Position numbers and translations under genes: made by a program. From positions 173,228,001-173,292,000 of the forward strand of contig OZ024743.1 of NCBI GenBank assembly GCA_964016885.1: a DNA stretch of 64,000 nucleotides, given 5' to 3'. Below, one piece after another: positions 20,325-43,094 of this stretch. The notes beneath the pieces are model-generated. The model made no database searches, was not told where the DNA came from, and saw only the letters and a list, made by a program, of their open reading frames with translations. Source of the stretch: Eledone cirrhosa (taxonomy: Eukaryota). Numbering within the stretch: position 1 is the stretch's first letter; the number at the start of each line of letters is the position of its first letter.

Positions 20325-23003
20325 CTAATGGGTACAATTTGTACTACTAGAACATTTGGGTTTATAATAAAAATAAGAATTAGAAATGGCATGGGGGCAA
20401 GAAGAGAATATCTCAGACTTTCTATTCAGTAAGGGTACGCTAGAGAAAATAATAGAGTGTGTCTCAAGTATACAGAGATTACAAAACTTACTATGTGCAG
20501 AAAGGTGGTTAGATCGTGCTACTAAACTCCAGTTAAGGCTATATGGTATATAAGCTCCCTTAAGATCCCAGATATAATGCGCTAGAGAGGTAGAATTCTT
20601 AAACCTAACATGTTTGAAGTTAGAGATATGAGAGTTAAACCTAGTCTTAAAAGTGTTTGAAGTAGATCCTATATACGTTCCTTTAGAGGAATTAGTTATA
20701 ACCTCGTAAGCATAGACAATGTTCTTAGAAAGGCAGTTACCGTTTAGAGGGCAGTTAGCACTCACTCTACAATTGCACTTCCGGGTGTTATTGGTTGGCT
20801 CGAGTGGTGATGTATTGCACGTAGGACCTCTATTAGATAAGGACTGTTCTGGTGGTAAAGCATTGTCCGATGCATTCAGACTAGTAGTATGTAGAGAGGA
20901 GAATCCATCCCTAATTTTCCTATTATTAGTGCTAGCTAAATGAGAACTAATATTAGGGGTGGTAGAGAATGAGATTTTAATAACATTTTTATTAAAAATA
21001 CCATGGTATTTGTGAGAAGGGGGGAAATTTTTCTCCAAGATAGTGAAGAAAGACCTAGGGATATTAGTTGATACATCCTGATTATATGGCGGGTTGAAAT
21101 AAGTATTCAATCGCCTTCTATTTTTATTTTTATTCTTATCGACCCTACCTCTATCAAATGTCCCACCGTCGAGACTAGGATTACTATCGGGAATAGTTGA
21201 AGCCACATTCATAGAATCAGCCATAATTTCTTTATGCCTATTATAGTGTTTACCTCTAGTAGATCGGCTGTTGTCCAGAATCCCTACAAGAGGATTAAGG
21301 CCAATGATAGGATCAGTAGGAGCAACATTACTAGAATAAGATCCAGCCAAACCAACACCAATGCGTGAGCGCACAGGGGGCTCGACTTGTCTCTTAGAGG
21401 TATTATATTTGTTATTACGAGTCCGGTGGGATAACTTATGGGTGGGTTCAGATACTCCTATATAAGTTCTACGGTTACTATGTTTGCTACTCCCATTCAT
21501 GGCCATGTTATGTGATATAATGTTATTATTATTAAGAGTAAGCGGAGACTTTCTAAAGTTACTATTATTATAATTTATTTTACTAGAGTGACCTGAATTT
21601 GCTAGGGCATTATTGTAGTACTCCGCATGTTCATTAAAAGTTCCTATGTCCTTAGATAGTGTGGAAATCCTATTAGAAACGCCCTTAATTATAGAGTTTA
21701 TCATAGACCTAGGGTGGTTAGAATTGGGGCTAACATAAGAAAGAATTTCATTAGGCTTATGGAAGGGTTTAAAACTATTAGTGGCCAAGTCCAAAGTCAC
21801 ATCTAAAAAGTTAACCGCTCTATCATTTCTATCTATCGTGATTGAAAGGTTGTAGCTTTTAAAAAACTTATAAAGCTTCTTCTTATTACGTTCTACATTG
21901 TTGGTACTAGAGTTAATTACAAACAATGCATCATCACGATATAGTCCGCCTACAAGATGTGGGAAGGTAGCGTATAGTTCATTAAGGAGGAACAACCCAA
22001 CAAGATCAGTAACCTGGGCCGAATCACTCGAACCCATTGTAACGTCGAAATTATTGGGCGTGTTTTTACCGGTCCAAAAAGTGTCCTCAAATTTAATAAT
22101 AGTTTTACGGGCTGCTAGTATAATATCTACCTGCGATCGTGTAAGGCTGGACACTCTCATGGCCAACATTAAGGCTTTATTGAGGAGGATGGGTGAAATT
22201 GATGTGTAGTAGGCATCAATATCGAATTGGATAAACTTATTAGATTCAAGTCTATTAATCCAAGAGAACCAATCTATAACTACCCTAGTGTTCCCCCATA
22301 AGTTAAAATTAACCTTATCCCTAACATCTGGTATAATAAGGTCAAGGATTTTTTACTGATAATGGCTATATCCGACTTAGAAGGACAGATAAGTCTAACT
22401 GAGGGGTTACTAATAAAATCAACCTTATGGTCCTTAAGTGTGAATCTCGGTTCTCGAGGGTAATATGGCTGGGTATACTTATCGAGTCCGAGGTCAGAGA
22501 CTATTCTAAGGCCCTCACTATTGATGTGGTTCAAATTCTCAAGCGTAGTTTTTTTATAGTTTCTATATAACTCTTTATAAATAAAATCGCGGTATGTACT
22601 ATAGTCCATGGAGTATAGATTCTTAGTCCAGAATGGACTTATTCTCACCGAAACCCTTAACAATATTTTTAAGTCTGGACTGGAATTTATCAAAATTACT
22701 ATTGTTTCTATGTCTATTATTTGGCCTAAACCTAACATTTTTGACCAGAGAGAGTAAGTCACCTTCGAAACTATCTAATAGTATGTTGTGTGGTGGGCTC
22801 TTATAAGTTTTGAAGCCGTAGTTACTAAAATTTGTTCTATTCCTGGGGTCCTTCCTATTCTTATTACTATCGTAGTGAAACGCACGCCATCTGATCCTTT
22901 TTACAAAGGAGTTAACACTAGCTATCAGTAGTTTTTGGTAAGTATTCTTAGAGGGGGTGAGAATATTTTTCAGAGATAAAGGCAAGTAACTCTTTGTCAG
23001 CAT
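20325..23003 (-). pseudogene. Naiad-type PLE polyprotein (N-terminal domain, RT, GIY-YIG) with two frameshifts (about 22630 and 22352)
   Basis: SLKNI.TPS, KRIRWRA, TLKDHK..F...[60 protein letters not shown]. Confidence 0.93.
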
Positions 23004-23230
23004 ACTGTCAGATAAAAATATATAGAGGCCAAAATACCAGTATATATGTGAGTAAGCTCAACCTATCGGGAGCAGTTACAAGGATTAGAATACTGGAGCG
23101 TGTTTGAGTCAAACACCCTCTTCGTATTATAGAAATGACAGTAAAAGGTATAGCTCAATGCAGTTAAACAGAGCCAAAAAATTAAGAGAGTAAAACAAAG
23201 AATCCTTTAATACATCAAAAGTTTTTATTA

Positions 23231-23268
23231 GCCGACAATGTTTCGTCCTATTAAGGACTCATCAGGGC
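23231..23268 (-). ncRNA. Minimal type I hammerhead ribozyme, family B (canonical core)
   Basis: GCC-CTGATGA-GTCCT(taat)AGGAC-GAAA-CATTG-TC-GGC; GUC triplet. Confidence 0.88.
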
Positions 23269-23605
23269 AATCAAAACAACAAGAGGTAATATCGGCAGAT
23301 ACAAGCCAGAAACTCTGAAGAATATGGAGTGTACGTACACTAATGTCTTACAAAGATATACGATAATAAAAATGAAAATAAAGATAAAAATAATAAAAAT
23401 ATATAATAACTAAGGATGTAGATAATATTAAGAACCATATTACAAATATAGTCCAAAGCCACCAACCTAAATCTAAACAAATTTGGTTATATAGAGCAGG
23501 AATTATATATAACACAATATAATACATTATAATAATAATATATTTATACCAACATTAAAATTCCAAATTAAAAATCAAAAGGTACAATATATACATGTAT
23601 ATATG

Positions 23606-23657
<52 letters not shown>

Positions 23658-25176
23658 ACAATACACATATCCATGTTCTATTACACAGAAATTAAGCCCT
23701 ATTAGAAGTTTGAATATTAAAAATAAGCATGGTAATAGTGAAAATAATACTAATACATCTACCCAATATACATGAGGCAATAATATGATATAATTACAAG
23801 AAACACATATAACAAATAATAAACAACAAAATTATATAATTCAATACAATATAATAAAGTAGAATAGATAATCCCCGGTTAATTTACAGAAACAATATAG
23901 ATGTCACAATGAAATACAATGATAAAATGTTAACATTATGTTAACAAGTACCATAAACAATATATACAAATTGATTCATACTGGGTTACATAATAAATGA
24001 GGAAATATAAATCATATAATACTCAAAAAAAACTATAATGGTACAGGGAAAAATTGTGATGTTACAGAAAAAATATGATGTTACAGAAAAAAATATACAG
24101 ACATCTAACATGATATGTAAAGTCTAAATATCATAATGTTACATATTACAATATTAAAAAAAACCCAGACATCTTACATGATATATAAAGTTTAAATATC
24201 ATAATGTTATATATAATGAACGGTAAGTAATAAGGATCTATATCATAATGTAATATATTTTAAAATTGGCATAAAATATATAAATACTTATAATTACAAG
24301 GTTAGTAGACAGACATGTGTGGATGAGTGAGCGAAGCCAGACAGTGAATAGTAAATAGAATATAGAATAAAACAAATAAATACAATCAACCGGAAATTAC
24401 AAAACAAAAGCAAATGTATACATATTTAGGCCTCGCGTGCATTAAGAAATTAGGTAAACACCAAGGAAAGCGATCATTTTAAATGACTCCAAACCCTATC
24501 TGATAAATTAATATTAAAAATATCGAACCCGTCCAATAAGGTAGTATAATATTAGCTGTAGTTTAAGTCATTAAAGTATATAAACTTTAATGTATCATTA
24601 CAAATGTTTACAAAAAGGAATAAAATTACACTATCATATACGCAACGATATCTAAAAAACTGACTTAAGTAGAGTTAAGGTAGGCTAATGGGGACAGAAT
24701 TGACAAAATATATGGAGGGTGCGAAGTGGCATAAAATATATTCGATATACTATAATAAATAATAGAACGGAGCATAAAAGAGGGGGGGGTTAAATATAAT
24801 CATATTCAATCTGGAGGGGTTGACAATAAGTTTATGTGTGCATGGGGGAGGGGGAATAGGGGGAGAAAGGGGTTGTCGATAGATAAATCAGAATAGACTT
24901 AGAAATAAAAATAGAATTAAAAATAAAAATAATATTAAAATTAAAATTAAAGTTAATAATAATATAAAAATATAAAGATAATAATAGAATAACGTAAGTG
25001 GCGTAAAGTGTGTAATCTTATGTATACTAACAAGGTGTAATAGTGAAGACATAGATATGGTACAGTGGCCAAATGATTATGAGAGCTAGAATGAAGAGTC
25101 ATCAAAAACCAATGATAACATTAATGTTGGCAAACAAAAGAACCCAAACAAAAAACTAAGTAATGGAATATATCTG

Positions 25177-25783
25177 CTAATGGGTACAATTTGTACTACT
25201 AGAACATTTGGGTTTATAATAAAAATAAGAATTAGAAATGGCATGGGGGCAAGAAGAGAATATCTCAGACTTTCTATTCAGTAAGGGTACGCTAGAGAAA
25301 ATAATAGAGTGTGTCTCAAGTATACAGAGATTACAAAACTTACTATGTGCAGAAAGGTGGTTAGATCGTGCTACTAAACTCCAGTTAAGGCTATATGGTA
25401 TATAAGCTCCCTTAAGATCCCAGATATAATGCGCTAGAGAGGTAGAATTCTTAAACCTAACATGTTTGAAGTTAGAGATATGAGAGTTAAACCTAGTCTT
25501 AAAAGTGTTTGAAGTAGATCCTATATACGTTCCTTTAGAGGAATTAGTTATAACCTCGTAAGCATAGACAATGTTCTTAGAAAGGCAGTTACCGTTTAGA
25601 GGGCAGTTAGCACTCACTCTACAATTGCACTTCCGGGTGTTATTGGTTGGCTCGAGTGGTGATGTATTGCACGTAGGACCTCTATTAGATAAGGACTGTT
25701 CTGGTGGTAAAGCATTGTCCGATGCATTCAGACTAGTAGTATGTAGAGAGGAGAATCCATCCCTAATTTTCCTATTATTAGTG
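25177..25783 (-). pseudogene. GIY-YIG 3' end of the upstream family B tandem copy
   Basis: Same peptide as the end of ORF 20325-22169. Confidence 0.9.
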
Positions 25784-25918
25784 AAACAATATAGATGTCA
25801 CAATGAAATACAATGATAAAATGTTAACATTATATTAACAAGTACCATAAACAATATATACAAATTGATTCATACTGGGTTACATAATAAATGAGGAAAT
25901 ATAAATCATATAATACTC

Positions 25919-26540
25919 GAATTTTTTTTATTTCTAATTTATTGATACATTTTTATAAGTATGTCGAGATTGACACTTTCCTTTAATTACTATACTCCCT
26001 TACCTCTTTTACTTCCGCATCTAAATGTAAGTGTGTGTGAGCGTGTTTATGTGAGCGCCTCAATATTCATATACTTATGATGTATCTATTCTGTCTGTTG
26101 ATTACAGACATACAGATACATTAGCCCTAAATTTTAGATTTACACACACTTTTTCACGATACGTATACATATGACCATACACATATATGCACATCTGTGA
26201 GCGTATTTAAATACATATACACACACCTAACTATATTTTCTTGATAGATTTTTATGTATTTCAATCTCTATTTCATTGGTCTATTCAAAATCTGTTCCCA
26301 AACAGACCTATTGTATTGAATTGTTGTTATTATCAATAAACAAGCATCATTATTTCTGAAGACAGCATATATATGTGAAGGTATGTATATTACCTCTGAT
26401 AGTTTGTATAATTTTGTACATAGATTTTTTGAATATGCATACCAATTCTAACACATATATGTCCTAGAAACGATCGTAAAATAATGAACTTTTTTTGTTT
26501 AATATAAGGAACTGTTTCTTTGTTTATTCATTATTTTTTT
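25919..26540 (+). mobile_element. Non-coding pLTR-like fragment (family E) with long-stem HHR
   Basis: Related inverted partial copy at about 39996-40185; ends at a TA array. Confidence 0.65.
26347..26487 (+). ncRNA. Type I hammerhead ribozyme with about 104-nt stem II
   Basis: TCATTATTT-CTGAAGA-[long hairpin]-GAAA-CGATCG-TA-AAATAATGA; 9-bp stem I. Confidence 0.8.
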
Positions 26541-32850
<6,310 letters not shown>

Positions 32851-32892
32851 CAATATTAAATAAATGGAAAACTATATTTATAAAACCATATT

Positions 32893-32958
32893 TATTTCAT
32901 TATATATATTTCGGGGATATCATATTAACAATATGCTATGCCTTCATCAGACAAAATA
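32893..32958 (-). ncRNA. Hammerhead ribozyme, family C
   Basis: Reverse complement of 33099-33164. Confidence 0.8.
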
Positions 32959-33098
32959 CAATATAAACAGTTTTATAGATAAATATATTCGACATACCGT
33001 AATAAACATCAACTTCATTTGAAGAGGTTTACTCTAGCAGTGAAAATGGTATATATACGGTATGTCGAATATATTTATCTATAAAACTGTTTATATTG

Positions 33099-33164
33099 TA
33101 TTTTGTCTGATGAAGGCATAGCATATTGTTAATATGATATCCCCGAAATATATATAATGAAATA
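33099..33164 (+). ncRNA. Type I hammerhead ribozyme, family C
   Basis: TATTTTGT-CTGATGA-A-GG..CATATT(gtt)AATATG..CC-GAAA-TATATA-TA-ATGAAATA. Confidence 0.8.
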
Positions 33165-33297
33165 AATATGGTTTTATAAATATAGTTTTCCATTTATTTA
33201 ATATTGTAAATATACTCCAAATATTTGTCGAGTGCTTTTATATCAGTTATAAATATTTACTAGTTGTAACCCAACAATTTTAAATATAACTTTACAT

Positions 33298-36410
<3,113 letters not shown>

Positions 36411-36453
36411 ACAATATTAAATAAATGGAAAACTATATTTATAAAACCATATT

Positions 36454-36519
36454 TATTTCATTATATATATTTCAGGGATATCATATTAACAATATGCTAT
36501 GCCTTCATCAGACAAAATA
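36454..36519 (-). ncRNA. Hammerhead ribozyme, family C (C11.1 to U)
   Basis: Same motif, ending CCT-GAAA. Confidence 0.77.
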
Positions 36520-37908
36520 CAATATAAACAGTTTTATAGATAAATAGATTCGACATACCGTTATATCACCGACTTCATTTGAAGAGGTTTAAGCTGGCAG
36601 TGAAAAACTTTTACACAGAGAGAAAGAAAGAGAGAAAACAGAAAGAAAGACAGAAAACGAAGAAAAGGAAGAAAAAAAGAAGAGAAAGAGGAAATGCATG
36701 GAACAAAATTGAGAGATGGAAAGATAGATAAAGCGAAGAACTTCATGTAAAGAAACAGAAAGAGATATATATATATAGAGAGAGAGGAAATAGAGATAGA
36801 TACATATATATATAGAAAATTAGGTAGTGGGAGGTCATTTTGAGTAAATGTATCAATGATACGTTTATTTATTTATTTATTTATTTATCTCAAGTATTAA
36901 TGTAAGGGAGATATATATAGAGAGAAAAAATATAGAGAGAGGAAAAAAATAGCGATAGAAAAAAAATTAAAAAATAGCCAGATATATTCGAGGCGTAAAA
37001 ACCCTATGTTTAATGTATTAGTATTTATAAAACTTACACTATATTGTAAATATCAGTATTCCTGAATGAGACAAGTATCCATAATGTGTGAAAATTAATT
37101 ATCTTATGTTTAGTTTTAAAAAATTCATATGTTTATGTGACAGCTACAAACATCCATGCGAATCCAACTGATTCACTCTGCAAACTCTAAGTTCACGGAA
37201 AACATTCTCAATGTGGTATAAAAATTTGAGCATACAAATATGTGTATTATTATTCCTGTCATTACTCTACAAGATTATCTATCAAGCAGAAATAGAGAGC
37301 AGATTTCAATATACTAATAAAAATATATATCATAAACAAAACTAAAAATAAAAAGGATAACAATAATAATAATAAGTAAAAATATAGAATAGAAAACTAA
37401 AAAAATATTACGAAAGAATATTACATAATAAAAATATTATATATTAAACATACTACGTATTAAAAAATATTACGTATTAAAAATTTACATATTAAAGAAA
37501 TACAAAAATATTATAGAATACTATAATAATAAAAATAAAAATAAAAATAAACCACAAAGATCAACCCTTCAAAGTTAATTGACAATATATTGCCAAGTTC
37601 ATTACAAGACAAAGCCAAAAATTATCTATCAAATCACATCTAGCAAAGATCATTTCAAAAAGATTATGATGTCCAATTAGGTCTACATATGTTCTTATAT
37701 TTAATATAGAAGTTTATCTAGTGTAAGGTTTATTCAAAAAATTTGGAGCATCAGCTTTTAGGGTAGCTTAATTTTTCATGAGGAATGTTTAGATAAAAAT
37801 AAAATAAAAATAAACAATAAAAAAAGAGTAAAAAGAAGGAATCAAAGATTTAGGAATCAAAAATTTATCGGCTAGTTTCCCATATAAATATAAATCAAAC
37901 TAAATATA

Positions 37909-39120
37909 CTACATTTTAAATTTAAATTTATATTTAAATGTTGAGTTTAATCTATGTTTGCAACAACTGAATAAATTTGTCCGTAGGTTAAGGGAATTTT
38001 TAGATTTTAGTATTAAGAATATCTCCTCTGCGCATAGGTCACATGTCTCAGAGGATGAATTAAAAGGAATCCCTCTTGAGACTATATTCCAAGCCGTCGA
38101 ATATCTAACGTTATCTAGCTTAAGTTGCCAGAGTACGCCTGATAGTGCCGTTGAAGATTTTTTACTTGGATCTGTGAAAGAATTCTTGTGGTTATTATAG
38201 CGAAGTTTAAATTCCGTCGATGTGGAACCGACGTAGTTAAAAGAATTAGAGTCAGTATTAACATTACAATTGTATACTATATTTTTAACTAAGCAGTTGT
38301 TATTTAACGGACATTTAGATCTATCTCTACAGTTACATTTGTTAACTTGTATATTATTTATGCTATTATCAGTAGGTTTTAAGTTCCTATTATTTATTCT
38401 ATTAATATTTTGTGCTAAATATTTGGTGGATGAGTAGGTTAATTTAATTGTATGCCTATTGAAAATTGAGTGATACCTATGTGTTCTAGGGAAGCGATTA
38501 TCAAGAGCTTTGAAAAATAATTTAGCGATGTGGGTTTTAATGTTTAGTGAGAAAGGGGGGGCAAACCAAATTATGTTCCTAGTTCTATTTCTTTTTTGTC
38601 CTTTGGAATTATTGTAATGCTTTCTATTATAGTTGTTAATGTTGTTGCCGTAATTAAAAAAGTTGTTACTTTGTTTAGTTTGTCTATCATTATCTATGTA
38701 CACAATCTTATCAGCATATCCTGCCCTAGCTAGTGCTTCATTATAGTATTGGGCCTTTTCGTCGAAAATCTTTCTATTCGACGAGATCCTAGAGATACGT
38801 TTTTGAACTGAGTTTACTATAGTGTTTTTGACAGATCTGGCGTGGTTAGAGTTAAAGTTGACATAGTTTAAGTTTTCATTCAACTTGTGAAAAGGATAGT
38901 GGAGACATGTGTTGAGATTTAATGTTATATCTAGGAAATTGACTATTCTATGGTTGTTCTCAATTTCTATTTTAAGGTTAAAGTAATTAAAAAATTTTGT
39001 AATTTGTTTACATTTTCTATTTAGTTCAGGGTTATTATTATTAATAAGTAAAAGCATGTCATCCCTATATAAACCTCCGGTAGTACCAGGTATTTTCCTA
39101 TGTAGCGAATTGATTAAAAA
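37909..39120 (-). CDS. PLE RT C-terminus plus GIY-YIG (5' truncated, open frame)
   Basis: GGLYRDDML, NFLDITLNL, IIWFAPPF, CNCR....CPL...CL, YVGSTSTEFKLRYNNH, CDLCAEE, CKH. Confidence 0.92.
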   Translation of the reverse strand, partial: FLINSLHRKIPGTTGGLYRDDMLLLINNNNPELNRKCKQITKFFNYFNLKIEIENNHRIVNFLDITLNLNTCLHYPFHKLNENLNYVNFNSNHARSVKNTIVNSVQKRISRISSNRKIFDEKAQYYNEALARAGYADKIVYIDNDRQTKQSNNFFNYGNNINNYNRKHYNNSKGQKRNRTRNIIWFAPPFSLNIKTHIAKLFFKALDNRFPRTHRYHSIFNRHTIKLTYSSTKYLAQNINRINNRNLKPTDNSINNIQVNKCNCRDRSKCPLNNNCLVKNIVYNCNVNTDSNSFNYVGSTSTEFKLRYNNHKNSFTDPSKKSSTALSGVLWQLKLDNVRYSTAWNIVSRGIPFNSSSETCDLCAEEIFLILKSKNSLNLRTNLFSCCKHRLNSTFKYKFKFKM

Positions 39121-39139
39121 TAATATATAAAACCATATT

Positions 39140-39205
39140 TATTTCATTATATATATTTCGGGGATATCATATTAACAATATGCTATGCCTTCATCAGACA
39201 AAATA
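39140..39205 (-). ncRNA. Hammerhead ribozyme, family C
   Basis: Same motif as 32893-32958. Confidence 0.8.
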
Positions 39206-39368
39206 CAATATAAACAGTTTTATAGATAAATAGATTCGACATACCGTTATAACACCGACCTCATTTGAAGAGGTTTACGCTGGCAGACTGCCAGCGTAAA
39301 CCTCTTCAAATGAAGTCGGTGTTATAACGGTATGTCGAATCTATTTATCTATAAAACTGTTTATATTG

Positions 39369-39434
39369 TATTTTGTCTGATGAAGGCATAGCATATTGTT
39401 AATATGATATCCCCGAAATATATATAATGAAATA
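39369..39434 (+). ncRNA. Hammerhead ribozyme, family C
   Basis: Same motif as 33099-33164. Confidence 0.8.
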
Positions 39435-39588
39435 AATATGGTTTTATAAATATAGTTTTCCATTTATTTAATATTGTAAATATACTCCAAATATTTGTCG
39501 AGTGCTTTTATATCAGTTATAAATATTTACTAGTTGTAACCCAACAATTTTAAATATAAGTTTCCATATATATATATATATATATATA

Positions 39589-39660
<72 letters not shown>

Positions 39661-39728
39661 TATATATATATATGAATATATATATATATGAATATATATA
39701 TATGAATATATATATGAATATATATATA

Positions 39729-39762
<34 letters not shown>

Positions 39763-39995
39763 TATATATATATATGAATATATATATATATGAATATATA
39801 TATGAATATATATATATATGAATATATATATATATATGAATATATATATATATGATATATATATATATGAATATATATATATATGAATATATATATATAT
39901 GAATATATATATATATGAATATATATATATATGAATATATATATATATGAATATATATATATATATATATATATATGAATATATATATATATGAA

Positions 39996-40204
39996 TATAA
40001 AATATTAAAAAAATAATGAATAAAACAATGAAACAGTTCCTTATATTAAACAAAAAAAGTTCATTATTTAACGATCGTTTCTAGGCCATATATGTGTTAG
40101 AATTGGCATGCATATTCAACAGATCTATGTACAAAATTATACAAAATTATACAAACTATCAAATTTAATATACATACCAACAGTATGTAGATTTATCTAC
40201 ATAA
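39996..40204 (-). mobile_element. Diverged partial family E pLTR (3' half of HHR only)
   Basis: Reverse complement resembles 26380-26540; retains CTAGAAACGATCGT but lacks CTGAAGA. Confidence 0.7.
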
Positions 40205-40415
40205 TATATATGAATATATATATATATATGAATATATATATATATATATGAATATATATATATATGAATATATATATATATATATATATATGAATATATA
40301 TATATATATATATATATGAATATATATATATATATATGAATATATATAATATGAATATATATATATATATATATATATGAATATATATATATGAATATAT
40401 ATATATATATATATA

Positions 40416-40451
<36 letters not shown>

Positions 40452-40634
40452 TATATATATATATATATGAATATATATATATATGAATATATATATATAT
40501 ATATATATGTAGGAGGTGAGTTTTATTGTAGTACAATAAAGCAATGCAGATATCGGATAAGAAGCACTCTACAGTTTGTGGGACTGGAGTATGCATAATA
40601 TAAGATCAAAAGATGGTTAAAGGAGTTCAATATA

Positions 40635-40701
40635 TTTTATTATGCGCATTTCAAAAACAAACATCATCAAACAATAATATTTGTGTTTTCATCAGATAAA
40701 A
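40635..40701 (-). ncRNA. Hammerhead ribozyme, family F
   Basis: Reverse complement of 43028-43094. Confidence 0.83.
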
Positions 40702-41105
40702 CAGGAGAACATGATATGAAGGCTAAAAAAAACACTTGTTGATAGTGCAGTTTTAAATCAACATATGAAAAGTGGTTTTAGATTGATGTGTGATATTGGG
40801 AAAAATATTTTATTTAGAGAGGGGGGGAGAGAAAAGGATGAAAAGGGAAGGAGATGAGAGGGAGAGATGGGTGATAGAGAGAAAGAGATAGTTTTTATAA
40901 CAGAGAGGAGATATATTTTATATAGAGGGGTTGAAAACCGTTGGAAGATACTGTATAAATTAAAAATTTTGAAAATTAACGAAGGGAGGATATGTGCGAG
41001 GAAAAAATATATTATATTTAGGGAGGGGTGGGGGTGGAAAGGATGAAAAAAAGGGGAGGAGATGAGAGTGAAGGTGGAAAGGGAGAGATGGGTGATAGAG
41101 AGAAA

Positions 41106-41786
41106 ATATTAAATACTAAATCTCTTCCTTCCAATATTGAATCTCATAATAACAATAATAGTACTCCTGACGTCATTGTAAACCCTAGGCTAACTTCTGT
41201 AAACCCAAATGCAACGTCAAACACAACTTCGCTAAATGTTCATAATCCAACTCTAAATCAAGAAACTATTATTCCTATTATTCCTATCGCAAACAACTTC
41301 TCCAATCCAATTCCTTCTATAGATAACGCTAGATCACTCATTAATAATCTCTCTAATTGCAACTGCCGCATTAAAAATAAATGTCCTCTCAACAACCATT
41401 GCCTCGATAAAAACTTAATTTATGAATGTAAAATTATAACTAGCACCAACTCCTTCACCTATTTTGGCTCCACTTCCACCTCTTTTAAAGCTCGTCTCTA
41501 TAATCATCATTCATCTTTCAAATACAAACTTAAAAGAACTAACACTGCTCTCTCAGAACTCATATGGTCCTTAAAAGACAAAAACATTAAATATAACATC
41601 TTTTGGAAAAAGATTTCTTCTGCATCCTCGTACTTGAACAGTTCTCTATCTAAAATCTGTAATCTCTGCCTAAATGAAAAATTTACCATTATCTCTAACC
41701 TAGAATCCATAATAAATAGACGCTCGGATTTGTTTTCCATCTGCCTGCATAAATTCCATAGAACTTTTCACAAAGTATACAGTTAA
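41106..41786 (+). pseudogene. PLE Asn-rich linker plus GIY-YIG fragment
   Basis: CNCRIKNKCPLNNHCL, TYFGSTSTSFKARLYNH, CNLCLNEK, NRRS..F..C.H. Confidence 0.92.
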
Positions 41787-43027
41787 TATTCAATTCTTTA
41801 TCAATTTAGAATCTTTTCTCAAAGGCACATATACATACACCTCTTTAAAATATACCCATCTACCTTACTTTAAAGGGCATTATACACTCTATAGTACTCG
41901 TTTACTCATTTACCTCATCCTATCTTCTCGTAAAACAATAACATTTGTTTTTGACATTTTGAATATTCATCCGCAATCATTATTATTTTTTTTTTCCCTC
42001 TATCATAAATCTTTTTAATCTCAATTTCATCCTTAATTTATTATTATATATTTTTTTTAATATATACTCATATATTCTTTAAAATATACCCATCTACCTT
42101 ACTTTAAAGGGCATTATACACTCTATAATACCCGTTTACTCATCACCCTCATTATATCTCCTCGTAAAACAATAACATTTGTTTTTGACATTTTGAGTAT
42201 TCATCCGCAATCATTATTATTTTTTCTCTCTATCATAAATCTTTTTAATCTCAATTTCATCCTTAATTTATTATTATTTGTTTCTCCCCATCAACGAACT
42301 CATTATTAATACATATGAATTCAATATAAAAACTCTAACTTCACATTATTTTTCTCAAATCCTATACATAAACTTTTTCTCTTTGCTAATTTTAAAATTC
42401 CTACATTTCTCCTTTTGAATATTCACCCACAATTATTATTTTTTTTTTTTCTCTCTATCTCCATACATAATCTCCCTTCGTTATTTTTTTCTCTCTATCT
42501 CCATACATAATTTCTCTTCGTTAATTTTCAAATTCCTTTAATTTATACATTATCTTCCAACGGTTCCCAACCTCTCTATATTAAAACATTATATCTTTTT
42601 CTCAGTTATAAAAACTATCTCTTTCTCTCTATCACCCATCTCTCCCTTTCCACCTTCACTCTCATCTCCTCCCCTTTTTTTCATCCTTTCCACCCCCACC
42701 CCTCCCTAAATATAATATATTTTTTCCTCGCACATATCCTCCCTTCGTTAATTTTCAAAATTTTTAATTTATACAGTATCTTCCAACGGTTTTCAACCCC
42801 TCTATATAAAATATATCTCCTCTCTGTTATAAAAACTATCTCTTTCTCTCTATCACCCATCTCTCCCTCTCATCTCCTTCCCTTTTCATCCTTTTCTCTC
42901 CCCCCCTCTCTAAATAAAATATTTTTCCCAATATCACACATCAATCTAAAACCACTTTTCATATGTTGATTTAAAACTGCACTATCAACAAGTGTTTTTT
43001 TTTTAGCCTTCATATCATGTTCTCCTG

Positions 43028-43094
43028 TTTTATCTGATGAAAACACAAATATTATTGTTTGATGATGTTTGTTTTTGAAATGCGCATAATAAAA
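43028..43094 (+). ncRNA. Type I hammerhead ribozyme, family F
   Basis: TTTTAT-CTGATGA-AAAcACAAATATTATT(gttt)GATGATGTTTGTtTTT-GAAA-TGCGCA-TA-ATAAAA. Confidence 0.85.

Larger units (their letters stand above)
32851..33297. mobile_element. Inverted pair of family C pLTR ends with no ORF
   Basis: 32851-32999 is inverted against 33057-33207; HHR in each arm. Confidence 0.87.
36411..39566 (-). mobile_element. 5'-truncated Naiad-type PLE (family C) with palindromic pLTR pair at its 5' end
   Basis: 3' pLTR at 36411-36600; ORF 37909-39120; 39127-39566 palindrome centred on tttacgctggcag-a-ctgccagcgtaaa (39287). Confidence 0.9.

Noticed and set aside
41028-41105. N-terminus of the 252-aa ORF
   Set aside because: It derives from the inverted pLTR arm fused in frame, so it is not a real start
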